Positions 43,674 to 53,055 of a stretch of 64,000 nucleotides of DNA are shown one piece after another. A program made the translations under genes and the position numbers. Position 1 is the stretch's first letter, and every line of letters starts with the position of its first letter. The DNA lies in NCBI GenBank assembly GCA_044338255.1, contig JBIILZ010000002.1, positions 23,043-87,042 on the forward strand. The letters are read 5' to 3'. A model generated the notes under the pieces. That model was not told the DNA's origin. It searched no databases and saw only the letters and a program-made list of their open reading frames with translations. The DNA comes from Planctomycetota bacterium (GTDB taxonomy: Bacteria; Planctomycetota; UBA11346).

Positions 43674-45368
43674 TTACGTCGGCAAGGTGAACCAGAAGAC
43701 GCAGCCTTGCCCGAGCGTGCTCTGCACGCCGATGCTGCCGCCGTGGGCTTCGATGGCCAGTTTACAGAAGGTCAGACCGAGGCCGCTGGTCACCGATTTA
43801 CCGGCGACCGGCACGGTCTTGACCTGGTTGAACTTCTCGAAGATCCGTTGCTGGTTTTCGAGGGCGATGCCCGGGCCATCGTCGAGAACTTCGCTACGCA
43901 GGCACTTGTTGTTCAGCGACAGGCTCAGCACCACCTCGCTGCCGTCGGGCGCATAGCGCAGCGCGTTCGAGAGCAAGTTGATGTAGACCCGGCGGATGAG
44001 GTCACCGTCGCCGACCACCGGCAAGCCGGTTGCGGGCGCCATGATCCGCACCGGCACACGTTCGACCGCACTTCCCAACGCCGCCACCGCCATACGTGCG
44101 AGATGGACGAGGTCGTGACGCTCGCGGTTCAGGGGCATCGCCCCGGCCTCCAGGCGACTGACGTCGAGCACGTGGTTGATCAGACCTTCCAGGCTGTGCG
44201 CCTGCAAGGTCGCCTTTTCCACGAGATGGCGCAGGCGCTCATCGACCTGCCCCGGCGAGCGCGCGATGAAGAGATCAAGATAGCCGATCAGACCCGACAA
44301 CGGCGAGCGCATGTCATGGACGATGAGATGCGTCAGACGATCGCGCAGCTCTTCGAGCTGCTGCAGCTTCCGATAGGCGGTGACGGTCTGATCATACTGG
44401 CGTTTGGCAGCCAGCGCATTGCGGCAGCGCAACAGGAGATCTTGGCTGTCGATGGGCTTGGAGAGGAAGTCATTGGCGCCGGCGGCGATACCCGCCAGGC
44501 GATCCTGACGCTCGTGCAGGGCGGTGACCAGCAGCACCGGAATCGCGACAGTGAGCGGATTGCTCTTCAAGGTCCGGCACAAGGTCAGGCCATCGATGTC
44601 AGGCAAGAGGACATCGAGCAATACCAGGTCGATGCCTCCGCTCGCCAGACGCGCCAATGCCGAGGTTCCGTCCTTGGCCTCTTCGACGCGGTAGCCGTGT
44701 TGTGACAGACGTCGTTGCAGAATAGTGCGATTGGCAGCGCTGTCGTCGACGACCAGGATCACGCTCAACGCCGGTTCCGAGGAGGCTCCTAGCACGCCCC
44801 GAGGATGGACGCTCTGCGCAATCGCGAAAGCGCCAGTGGGATCGACGGCGGTGAGGGTCGACACCGGCGACTCATAGGGCTGCGACAGCGGCGTCGGCGC
44901 TGCCGCCAGGAAGGTGAACAGCTGCTGGCAGGCGCTGCTGATCTTGAACAGGTCCGCCGAGAATTCACCGTCATCGCCATGCGCGCGGGCGCTGGCCATG
45001 ATCAGCTCGCAGGATTGCATGCAGTCGTCCAGCACCGACGACAAGGCCTCCGCCAAGGTCACCGTGACGTTGTGGTATTGGCAGCGTTCGAGCTGCGGAT
45101 CACCGTCGACCTGGCTGAGGACCTCGGCGATCACGTGGGTCATGCGCCGGGCGGTGACCAGGAGCCGACCGATGTCGGCGATCACCGTCGGCAGCAGGGC
45201 CGGCGGGCATTCGTCCGCCAGCATTTCGCCATAGCCGATGATGGCATTGATCGGCGTCCGCACTTCATGGCGCAGGTAGCGCAGATGGGCGCGCATGGTC
45301 TTCTGACGGTGCGTCTCGGCCTGCGCGGGCAGCACGAAGTCGGTAGATGATTCGCCTTCAGCACTCAT
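43674..45368 (-). CDS. hybrid sensor kinase: orphan DHp (H-box) domain - receiver - HisKA - HATPase
   Basis: N-terminal H-box LRHEVRTPINAIIGYGEML with no adjacent ATPase. REC domain (ILVVDDSAANR...DLVLLDVLLPDIDG...SKP). Second H-box IVHDMRSPLSGLIGY plus an HATPase with N, G1 and G2 boxes (NLLSNALRY; DDGPGI; GLGLTFC). Confidence 0.85.
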   Translation of the reverse strand: MSAEGESSTDFVLPAQAETHRQKTMRAHLRYLRHEVRTPINAIIGYGEMLADECPPALLPTVIADIGRLLVTARRMTHVIAEVLSQVDGDPQLERCQYHNVTVTLAEALSSVLDDCMQSCELIMASARAHGDDGEFSADLFKISSACQQLFTFLAAAPTPLSQPYESPVSTLTAVDPTGAFAIAQSVHPRGVLGASSEPALSVILVVDDSAANRTILQRRLSQHGYRVEEAKDGTSALARLASGGIDLVLLDVLLPDIDGLTLCRTLKSNPLTVAIPVLLVTALHERQDRLAGIAAGANDFLSKPIDSQDLLLRCRNALAAKRQYDQTVTAYRKLQQLEELRDRLTHLIVHDMRSPLSGLIGYLDLFIARSPGQVDERLRHLVEKATLQAHSLEGLINHVLDVSRLEAGAMPLNRERHDLVHLARMAVAALGSAVERVPVRIMAPATGLPVVGDGDLIRRVYINLLSNALRYAPDGSEVVLSLSLNNKCLRSEVLDDGPGIALENQQRIFEKFNQVKTVPVAGKSVTSGLGLTFCKLAIEAHGGSIGVQSTLGQGCVFWFTLPT

Positions 45369-45757
45369 GGCTCGAGTCCTTCGCCGATGGCTGCACGACC
45401 GAGGAGGATTTCGATCTTGGCCAGCAGGCGCGGCAGCTCGATCGGTTTGCTTTCGACGTCATCGCAGCCGGCCTCCATCATCGACTCGCGCGCCTCTTGG
45501 TCACAATGCGCGCTCAGACCGATGATCGGCAGCCGCAGCAGACCCGGCGAACGGCGCAGCAGACGCACCGCTTCCCAGCCGCTGATCACCGGCAACTGCA
45601 TATCCATCAGCACCAGATCCGGGACTTGGAACAGCGCCTGGGCCACGCCATCGGCGCCATCATACGCGATTTCGACTTGGAAACCCCGTCGTATCAGGCG
45701 ACGCGAAAGCATGTCCGCATTCATCTCGTTATCATCGATCAGCAGGATGGTAGCCAC
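45365..45757 (-). CDS. single-domain response regulator (CheY-like receiver)
   Basis: ILLIDDNEMN...DLVLMDMQLPVISG...GLSAH...SKP. GTG start abuts the upstream kinase stop, and its own stop overlaps the next start (ATGA). Confidence 0.9.
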   Translation of the reverse strand: MATILLIDDNEMNADMLSRRLIRRGFQVEIAYDGADGVAQALFQVPDLVLMDMQLPVISGWEAVRLLRRSPGLLRLPIIGLSAHCDQEARESMMEAGCDDVESKPIELPRLLAKIEILLGRAAIGEGLEP

Positions 45758-47386
45758 TTAACTCGGTCTCCGCGTGGCGTGAAGGTCAGGAGTGAAGGCG
45801 GCCGGCTGATAGATGGCGGAGGCATCCGGCTGGCGATGGATGCGATGGCTGGTTCCCTCCAAGGCCTTGGGCAGCTCCAAGGGCAGGGCGACGGTGAAGG
45901 TCGAACCCAGACCGCGTTCGCTGTGGCAGTCGATGCGGCCCTGCATCAGCTGGCAATAATGGGCGCAGATCGCCAAGCCCAGGCCGGTGCCGCCATGGCG
46001 GCGCTGCGATTCACTGTTGATGAACGGCTTGAAGATCTGCGCACGGGTCGCCTCATCCATGCCGATGCCGGTGTCTCCGACGCGCATGATCAGCAGCCGG
46101 CCGTCCTTGCCATCTCCGCCCTCGACCTCGAGATGGATTTGTCCACCCTCAGTGAATTTGCAGGCGTTGCTGAGGAGATTGATGAGGATCTGACGGATCT
46201 TGAGAGTATCCCCGACGGCCTCCTGCAATTGCGGCGAGACGACCACCCGCAGCCGGTTGTTATGCGCGACAATGAGGGGCGGGATAACATTGGAGACTTC
46301 CTCGACCATGTGACGGATGATGAAGGCCTCACGATGCACGCGCATGCGGCCGGCCTCGAGCTTGGTGAAGTCGAGGACATCGTTGATCAAGGCCAGCAGG
46401 TGACGGGCCGATTGACCGATGCGCCCGAGATCGCGTTGCACGCCGGCAGCTTCCGGACCGGGCAATTCCTCGGCGATCATTTCAGCATAGCCGATGATCG
46501 CGTTCAGCGGGGTCCGCAATTCATGGCTCATGCTCGCCAGAAACATGCTCTTGCTGCGGCTGGCTTCCTCAGCCAGGGCGCGCGCCGCTTGGGCATGCTC
46601 ATTGGCGACTTCGAGCTCGGCGGTGCGCGTCACAACCTGGTGCTCGAGGCCGGCAGTGAGCTCGCGCAGCTGACGCGTCGTATGACGCAAGGCTTCGCGG
46701 AGCTGCTCACCCTCACGGATGCCGGATGAGGGCAGCTCTAGCGCCGGCCGGAAGTTGCCCTCGGCCATGGCGGTGGCGGCCAGGGCGGCATTGGCCACCG
46801 GCGTGGCCAGGGCGCGGGACAGCCGCGAGACGGCCCAGGCGGTGATCAAGACGCCCAGGCCCAAGGTGGCCACCGCTCCGACACTGATGACGGTGGCGAT
46901 CTCTTGCACGATACGCCCGTCGCCCTGGGCCACGAGGCACAGACCGTCCGGGGTCATCTGATGGTCGCTGCGTATGCCGGCAAAGGTCTCGAGAGGAAAG
47001 CCGATGGCCGAGAGATCGCTGCTCGCTCTGACGATGCCGCTTGCATCAACCAGCCAGATGTCGCGGATGACCTCATTGAGGACGGCACGACGCAGGAATT
47101 GCTGCGTCTGCTGGTGGTCCGCCAGCGTCGGCTCCATCGCCAAGGCCAGATTTTCCAAAGCCATCTGCGTCCGTGAACGGCTGAAATCATCGAGGACGCC
47201 CTTGGCGACCACGACCGTGGCCAGCGCCACCAAGAGCGCCATCACCGCCAGAGGCACCAGCGTCAGGAGCAACGTGCGCGAATGCAGCGACGGCAGTTGG
47301 CGCAACCGTCGGGCTGAATCAGTTTCGATCTGGGGAGACGTCACGTGGAAGTATACCTGAGGTTTCCTGCGGACGCCATAGTCCAT
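45758..47386 (-). CDS. membrane sensor histidine kinase (2 TM, HAMP, HisKA, HATPase)
   Basis: TM helices flank an extracytoplasmic domain of about 110 aa, followed by a HAMP-like linker. H-box MSHELRTPLNAIIGYAEMI. HATPase boxes (NLLSNACKF; DTGIGM; GTGLGLAIC). Start trimmed to ATG 47386, downstream of the cheR stop. Confidence 0.88.
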   Translation of the reverse strand: MDYGVRRKPQVYFHVTSPQIETDSARRLRQLPSLHSRTLLLTLVPLAVMALLVALATVVVAKGVLDDFSRSRTQMALENLALAMEPTLADHQQTQQFLRRAVLNEVIRDIWLVDASGIVRASSDLSAIGFPLETFAGIRSDHQMTPDGLCLVAQGDGRIVQEIATVISVGAVATLGLGVLITAWAVSRLSRALATPVANAALAATAMAEGNFRPALELPSSGIREGEQLREALRHTTRQLRELTAGLEHQVVTRTAELEVANEHAQAARALAEEASRSKSMFLASMSHELRTPLNAIIGYAEMIAEELPGPEAAGVQRDLGRIGQSARHLLALINDVLDFTKLEAGRMRVHREAFIIRHMVEEVSNVIPPLIVAHNNRLRVVVSPQLQEAVGDTLKIRQILINLLSNACKFTEGGQIHLEVEGGDGKDGRLLIMRVGDTGIGMDEATRAQIFKPFINSESQRRHGGTGLGLAICAHYCQLMQGRIDCHSERGLGSTFTVALPLELPKALEGTSHRIHRQPDASAIYQPAAFTPDLHATRRPS

Positions 47387-47415
47387 CAAGGGGCCTATCT
47401 CCGATAGAAGCGATC

Positions 47416-48279
47416 TCAGTTGCTGACAGCGGGTGCCTGGGTTGAGGATGCGCCGGCATTCTTGAGGCGATAACATCCGCCGCGGTCCTGAGTCAGGCGT
47501 TCGAAATGGTCATCGATGCCCATGGTCGTCTCCGCCCCGCCAAGAAACAGGAAGCCATCGGGGGCCAGCACCCGTCGCACTTTGGCGAGGATCTGGCGCT
47601 TGGTCTCGACATCGAAATAGATTAAGACGTTACGCATCATGACGATGTCGGCGCTGCCGATCGCGCCATATGATTCGAGGAGGTTCAGCTCCCTGAATTC
47701 AACCATGCGTTTCACATCTTCGGAGAGTTTCCAATCCCCGCTCGCCTGCTTGCTGAAATAGCGGTTCATCAACGCCGGCGGCAGTCCGCGAGAAACTTCC
47801 AGCGCTGAATAGGTGGCGTTGGCGGCCTTGGCGAGGACCTCGCTGGCGATGTCGGTCGCCACCAGGCGCAGCTGCCAGGCGAGCAGCGCCGGGTGCTGTT
47901 CGCGGATCAGCATCGCCACCGAATAGGGCTCCTGTCCGCTCGAACAGGCAGCGCACCAGATGGTCAGACGTTTGCCTGCCGCACGCTTGGCGATGAGTTG
48001 CGGCAAGAGGGTTTTAGTGAGGGTCTCGAACGGATGCGCATCGCGCAGAAACAGGGTTTCGTTGGTGGTCATGGCCTCGATCACCTGGCGATGCAGCTGC
48101 GAGTGCGCATGTGCGCGTAAACGCTGGCAGAGGGCCTCGAGGGTTTCGAGCTGGGCCGCTTTCGCCACCGGCAGCAATCGCGATTCGATCAGATAGGACT
48201 TGTCCACCCCAAGTACGATCCCGGTGCGTTCGCGCACCAGTTTACGGATCATGTCCAGGTCAAATGAGGAAAGTGGCAT
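47416..48279 (-). CDS. cheR: CheR-type protein-glutamate O-methyltransferase
   Basis: N-terminal helical domain (FDLDMIRKLVRERTGIVL...YLIESRLLPV...TTNETLFLRDAHPF) and SAM domain (IWCAACSSGQEPYSVAM...VMMRNVLIYFD). Confidence 0.9.
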   Translation of the reverse strand: MPLSSFDLDMIRKLVRERTGIVLGVDKSYLIESRLLPVAKAAQLETLEALCQRLRAHAHSQLHRQVIEAMTTNETLFLRDAHPFETLTKTLLPQLIAKRAAGKRLTIWCAACSSGQEPYSVAMLIREQHPALLAWQLRLVATDIASEVLAKAANATYSALEVSRGLPPALMNRYFSKQASGDWKLSEDVKRMVEFRELNLLESYGAIGSADIVMMRNVLIYFDVETKRQILAKVRRVLAPDGFLFLGGAETTMGIDDHFERLTQDRGGCYRLKNAGASSTQAPAVSN

Positions 48280-48323
48280 CTGTCGGGCAGCTTACCTCAT
48301 AATTCAAAAAACCGCAAACGGGC

Positions 48324-49547
48324 TCAGTCGAGAAAGCGGAACTCGCTCATGATCGCCAACCAGGCCGCCAGGGCCCGGGCCGGGATACGCACCTGATCGA
48401 TGGTCGTGGGCATGCCGCCTGCTTCCGCATCCTGGCGATACCAGGGCATGGTGCGCGCCTCGAGCCGTTTGGCGATGAACGAGGTGCTACGTCCCACGAG
48501 CTGCGCAGCCGCGACCGTGTCGAGCAGCTCGCCGGGCTCGCTGACCACTTCCCAGATCGGCTCCTTGGTGAGATCGTTGCGCGCCGCCTTGCGGTTGGCG
48601 GCGACCAGCAGGCGGGCCGTGGGCAGCAGCTCGTCGGCGGCTACGCCGGCAGCCGCCTGGATGCGCAGCAAGGCCAAGGGCACATCGTACAACCCGCCCA
48701 TGGCCTCCATCCAGATACTGAGATGCCCGGCCAGCCATTGAGCCGCCGGCAGGGCCTGCCGCGAACGGATCGCGCCATCGGCGAAGGCGTTGACGAGCTC
48801 GATGACCAAATCCTCATCGACCTCGCCGGCGCGGATCAGGACATCGAGGCCCTGGCCGGCGGCGGCGGCGTCACCGGCCAGGAGCTGACAGCGGATCAGC
48901 AGCTCGATGTCATCAGCAGAGACCTCGCGCCCGGCATGGCTGTGGATGATCCCACGGCTCACCCACCAGCCGAGGTCCGCGAGACGTTCGAGGCCACCGC
49001 CCAACCCGGGGTGCCCTTCCTCGAGACCTTCGACGACCGCCGCCGCGAGCTCCAACCAATAGCTAGCGAGATCGCCATCCCAGGCCGGTCCGGCGATGGT
49101 GCGGGTCGGCAGAGCTTCGGCGAGGTCCGCCAAGGCGCTGGCAAGCTTCGCCGGTTCGGGGAAGCCCTCACCGGCGGCGGCGACCATGTGCGTGCGTAAC
49201 TCGGCCGAGAGATGCCCGAAAAAAAGCTGCGGCATGGTGCTGACGCCGTGATCCATGGCGATCACCACCACGCACATGCCCTGGGCGCCCGCGAGCATCG
49301 CCCGCGCGGCGGCAGGAGCTTCGGGCGCCCCCTGCCGTGCCAGCTCCGTGGCGATGCTGGTCAGCGGCCCCGTGCTGTCGTCGAGGTAGCGCTGCCGGGC
49401 GGCGGCAAAGGTTGCCGTGAACGGGGCGATGAACACCGAATGGAAGCGCGATTTCCCGGCCATCAATTGCGACATCATCTGCAGCGGATTGAAATCCTGC
49501 GACTGCGTCAGTTGGGAAAAAGCATCACTGAGGTCGGACTCGGGCAT
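48324..49547 (-). CDS. hypothetical protein with C-terminal excisionase/MerR-like HTH
   Basis: No recognisable family in the first 330 aa or so. The C-terminus LLDTVAAAQLVGRSTSFIAKRLEARTMPWYR...VRIPARALAAWL looks like an HTH_17-type DNA-binding motif. Lies immediately upstream of cheR on the same strand. Confidence 0.45.
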   Translation of the reverse strand: MPESDLSDAFSQLTQSQDFNPLQMMSQLMAGKSRFHSVFIAPFTATFAAARQRYLDDSTGPLTSIATELARQGAPEAPAAARAMLAGAQGMCVVVIAMDHGVSTMPQLFFGHLSAELRTHMVAAAGEGFPEPAKLASALADLAEALPTRTIAGPAWDGDLASYWLELAAAVVEGLEEGHPGLGGGLERLADLGWWVSRGIIHSHAGREVSADDIELLIRCQLLAGDAAAAGQGLDVLIRAGEVDEDLVIELVNAFADGAIRSRQALPAAQWLAGHLSIWMEAMGGLYDVPLALLRIQAAAGVAADELLPTARLLVAANRKAARNDLTKEPIWEVVSEPGELLDTVAAAQLVGRSTSFIAKRLEARTMPWYRQDAEAGGMPTTIDQVRIPARALAAWLAIMSEFRFLD

Positions 49548-49662
49548 GGGAGTGAGATCCTGGGCGAGAATCCCCGCCGCAAACCGGGATTTTTCCGGCG
49601 GCCGGCCGCCGGCAAACACTCTACTCTGGCGTCATGGATAGCAGCGGATACCACCTGAGACC

Positions 49663-51015
49663 ATGCTCGCTTGGCATCTTGGTTGGCGCTATCTGTGCAA
49701 ACGCCGCGCCGCTTGGCTGGCATTCTTCGCCATCACCTTGACGGTGGCGGTACCGGTGGTGGTGATCGGCGTCATCCAGGGCTTCCTCGACGTCACCACG
49801 CGCCAGGCACGCGCCAATGAAAGCGATCTGACGGCGACCTCGCCGTGGTTCGGTGATGGCATTCCCGATACCGCCCAGGGCCGCGCGACGATCAGCACCG
49901 TGCCGGGAGTGACGCGCATCGCACCATTCGTCTCGCAGTACGGCCTGCTCGTGCCGCGCCTGGCACGCAACGACAGCGATCAAGGCGTACCGGCCTTCAT
50001 CGAAGGTATCGACTGGGCAGCGGATACCGCCATCGGCCGGCTGGCGCCAGGGATGCTGCATCCGCCGCCGGTCGAGAACCTCTCGGCCCCGGCGCTCGCT
50101 CCGGGCGAACGCGGTACGGGATTCCTGACCCCGACGTGGCGCGCGCATCTGGCGCTCAGCGGACTCGATATCGCCGCCGCGCTCGGCTGCGGGCCGCTGC
50201 CCATGGCTCCCCGCCAGCGTCCGCCGATCGGCGTCGTCACCGGTCGCGAAGTGCTGTATTCCAGCGGGATCCGCATCGGTATGGGGGTGGATCTCATCGG
50301 CGGCAAAGGAAAAAAATTTCCCGGCGAGATCTCCGACACCATCGGCACCGGGATCCTTGAGATCGACCGCTTCGCGGTGCTCATCCCGCTCGGACACGGA
50401 CAGTTGCTGGCCGGCTACCACGGCAAGGGCGGCAAACCTCCGCAGGTCGGCGGCTGGCGCATTCAAGGAGTCGCGAACAGCGACCTCAAGCCGCTCTCGG
50501 ACGCGGTCCAAGACGCCACCGGGCTACGTGTCGACACCTGGCTCGAACGCCGCGGCAACATGGTCAAGAGCATGGAACTGCAGCGCAACATCATGGCCCT
50601 GGTGATGGTCGCCATCCAGACCATCGCGGTGTTCATCGTCTACGCCGTGTTCTCGACACTGGTGGCGGAAAAGCGCCATGACATCGGCGTGCTCCTTGGC
50701 CTGGGAGCGCGACGGCGCGATATCGCGGGAGCCTTCCTCCTCGCCGGCTTGGCCGCCTGCGTACTCGGCGGGGCCAGCGGCTGGCTGCTCGGCTGGGGCG
50801 TGCTCGCGGGCCTCAACCCCTTGAGCAAAGCCTTGAACATGCCGTTGTTTCCGCAAGACGTCATCTACACCCCCGAAGCCCCGACGAGTTTCGATCCCTT
50901 GATCCCGCTGTTCTTCATGGGCGTGATGAGCGTGGTCGGAGTCATCGCCGTCGCCCTCCCGGCGTGGCGGGCGGCGCGCATCGTCCCCGTCGACATCCTG
51001 CGGGAGAGCGCATGA
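49663..51015 (+). CDS. ABC transporter permease, FtsX/MacB-LolCE type
   Basis: MLAWHLGWRYLCKRRAAWLAFFAITLTVAV..., a large periplasmic domain, and a C-terminal FtsX-type 3-TM bundle (IGVLLGLGARRRDI...). Confidence 0.75.
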   Translation: MLAWHLGWRYLCKRRAAWLAFFAITLTVAVPVVVIGVIQGFLDVTTRQARANESDLTATSPWFGDGIPDTAQGRATISTVPGVTRIAPFVSQYGLLVPRLARNDSDQGVPAFIEGIDWAADTAIGRLAPGMLHPPPVENLSAPALAPGERGTGFLTPTWRAHLALSGLDIAAALGCGPLPMAPRQRPPIGVVTGREVLYSSGIRIGMGVDLIGGKGKKFPGEISDTIGTGILEIDRFAVLIPLGHGQLLAGYHGKGGKPPQVGGWRIQGVANSDLKPLSDAVQDATGLRVDTWLERRGNMVKSMELQRNIMALVMVAIQTIAVFIVYAVFSTLVAEKRHDIGVLLGLGARRRDIAGAFLLAGLAACVLGGASGWLLGWGVLAGLNPLSKALNMPLFPQDVIYTPEAPTSFDPLIPLFFMGVMSVVGVIAVALPAWRAARIVPVDILRESA

Positions 51016-51716
51016 GCCCCCTGTCTGAGGCCACGACGTCCTCGTCATCGGGCACCCCGCGTCTGCTGGTGCGTGGACTGAGCAAGGGCTACCCCGGTCT
51101 ACCAGTGCTGCGCGGACTCGATCTCAGCGTCGAGGGCAGCGAAGTCGTCGCCATCCGCGGACAATCGGGGACGGGCAAGAGCACCCTCCTGCATTGCCTC
51201 GGTCTGCTCGATCAACCGGATTCCGGAAGCATCCAGCTCGATGGCGAAGAGGTCACCGGGCGTTCGATCGCCGCCACCGCCAGCCTGCGCGCGACGCGCA
51301 TCGGCTTCGTCTTTCAGGCCTTCCATCTGCTCCCCGAATTCACTGTCGGCGAAAACGTGCTGATGGCCGGGCGCACGGCACGCATGGCGCCGATAGCGGC
51401 CCACGCACGCATGCGTGAACTGCTGACGCGCGTCGGCCTCGAGACCCGCGAACGCGCCGATGTGCGCACGCTCTCCGGCGGCGAACGCCAGCGCGTGGCC
51501 CTGTGCCGTGCACTGCTCACCCGACCGGCCCTGCTGCTCGCCGATGAACCCACCGGCAATCTCGATCCGCTGACTGCGGGAGTGGTCTTGGAACTGCTGC
51601 TCGGCCTAGCCCGCGCCGAAGGTTCGAGCGTGATCCTGGTCACCCATGATCCGGCGATCGCCGAACGGGCCGATCGCCGGCTGGCCTTGCGCGACGGCGT
51701 CCTGCAGGCGGTCTGA
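51012..51716 (+). CDS. ABC transporter ATP-binding protein, LolD/MacB-ATPase type
   Basis: GQSGTGKSTLLHCLGLLD, LSGGERQRVALCRAL, LLADEPTGNLD. ATGA overlap with the permease stop. Confidence 0.9.
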   Translation: MSPLSEATTSSSSGTPRLLVRGLSKGYPGLPVLRGLDLSVEGSEVVAIRGQSGTGKSTLLHCLGLLDQPDSGSIQLDGEEVTGRSIAATASLRATRIGFVFQAFHLLPEFTVGENVLMAGRTARMAPIAAHARMRELLTRVGLETRERADVRTLSGGERQRVALCRALLTRPALLLADEPTGNLDPLTAGVVLELLLGLARAEGSSVILVTHDPAIAERADRRLALRDGVLQAV

Positions 51717-51816
51717 GTTCTTTTTCGGCCTGAATCACTCCGCTTCCGGCTTGCCGGGAAGCGCTTCCATGGCAGGTTGCGGCGGCAACTCATCTCCCTG
51801 TTGCCGAGGAACTCTC

Positions 51817-53040
51817 ATGGCCACCAAGCCGGTCTTAAACGTCGCTCTCATCGGTTATGCCTTCATGGGTCGGGCCCATTCGAATGCCTATCGTCAGGTC
51901 GGCCATTTCTTCCACGATTCACCGTACACCTTGCAGCGCAAGGTCCTCGTCGGGCGCACCGAGGCGGCGGTAAAGAATGCCGCCGTCGAACTCGGCTGGG
52001 ACGAGACCTCGACCGATGCGGAGGCGGTGATCAAGCGCCCAGACATCGACATCGTCGACATCGGCACACCCAACGACAGCCACTACGGCTTGGCCATGAA
52101 GGCCATCAAGGCGGGCAAGATCGTGATGTGTGAAAAGCCCTTGGCGATGACCACCAAGGAAGCGCGGACCATGACCGCCGCCGCAAAAAAAGCCGGCGTC
52201 CCCAACCTCATCTGGCACAACTATCGCCGCGCGCCGGCGGCAACCACCGCCGCCCAGCTCATCGCTGACGGCAAGCTCGGCGAGATCCGCCACGTGCGCG
52301 CCGTCTACCTGCAGGACTGGCTGATCGACGATGCCTGCCCGTATACATGGCGGATGAATGTGAAGACTTGCGGCTCGGGTGCACACGGCGATCTCAACGC
52401 GCATCTGATCGACATGACGCGCTTCATGACCGGTCTCGAATTCACTGAAGTCTGCGGCATGTCCGAGACCTTCATCAAGACCCGCAAACATGCCGACGGC
52501 AAGGGCAAGGGCATGGGCATAGGCACAGTCGATGTCGACGATGCTTTCCTGTTCCTCGCCAAGCTCTCCAACGGCGCCGTTGCCAGCTACGAAGCGACCC
52601 GCGCCGCCCTCGGCCGCAAGAACTACAATCTCATCGAGATCAACGGCACCAAGGGTTCGCTGGTGTGGAATTTCGAGCGCATGAACGAACTCGAATTTTT
52701 CGACGGCAGCGATGAGCCCCGCGTGCAAGGCTTCCGCACGATCATGTGCATGAATGGCGGCGCGCATGCCTACGCCGGGAATTACTGGCCGGATGGCCAC
52801 ATCATCGGTTACGAGCATACCTTCATCAACACCCTCGCCGATTTCCTGGTCGCGCTCAAGCGCAAGCAGGAATTCCGTCCCAACTTCGCGGATGGCGTCG
52901 CCAGCGAGGAAGTGCTCGATGCCGCGATACTCTCAGTGAAGAAGCACAAATGGGTGACCGTCGATCGCTCGCAACCGGCGACCGGACATGTGCTCGCCCG
53001 CTCGACCACGCGTGCGAACCGCAAGAACGCCGCTCTCTAA
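51817..53040 (+). CDS. Gfo/Idh/MocA-family oxidoreductase
   Basis: Start trimmed to ATG 51817: MATKPVLNVALIGYAFMGRAHSNAYRQV...VDIGTPNDSHYGLAMKAIKAGKIVMCEKPLA. Confidence 0.88.
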   Translation: MATKPVLNVALIGYAFMGRAHSNAYRQVGHFFHDSPYTLQRKVLVGRTEAAVKNAAVELGWDETSTDAEAVIKRPDIDIVDIGTPNDSHYGLAMKAIKAGKIVMCEKPLAMTTKEARTMTAAAKKAGVPNLIWHNYRRAPAATTAAQLIADGKLGEIRHVRAVYLQDWLIDDACPYTWRMNVKTCGSGAHGDLNAHLIDMTRFMTGLEFTEVCGMSETFIKTRKHADGKGKGMGIGTVDVDDAFLFLAKLSNGAVASYEATRAALGRKNYNLIEINGTKGSLVWNFERMNELEFFDGSDEPRVQGFRTIMCMNGGAHAYAGNYWPDGHIIGYEHTFINTLADFLVALKRKQEFRPNFADGVASEEVLDAAILSVKKHKWVTVDRSQPATGHVLARSTTRANRKNAAL

Positions 53041-53055
53041 TCTTTCAGGATCATC

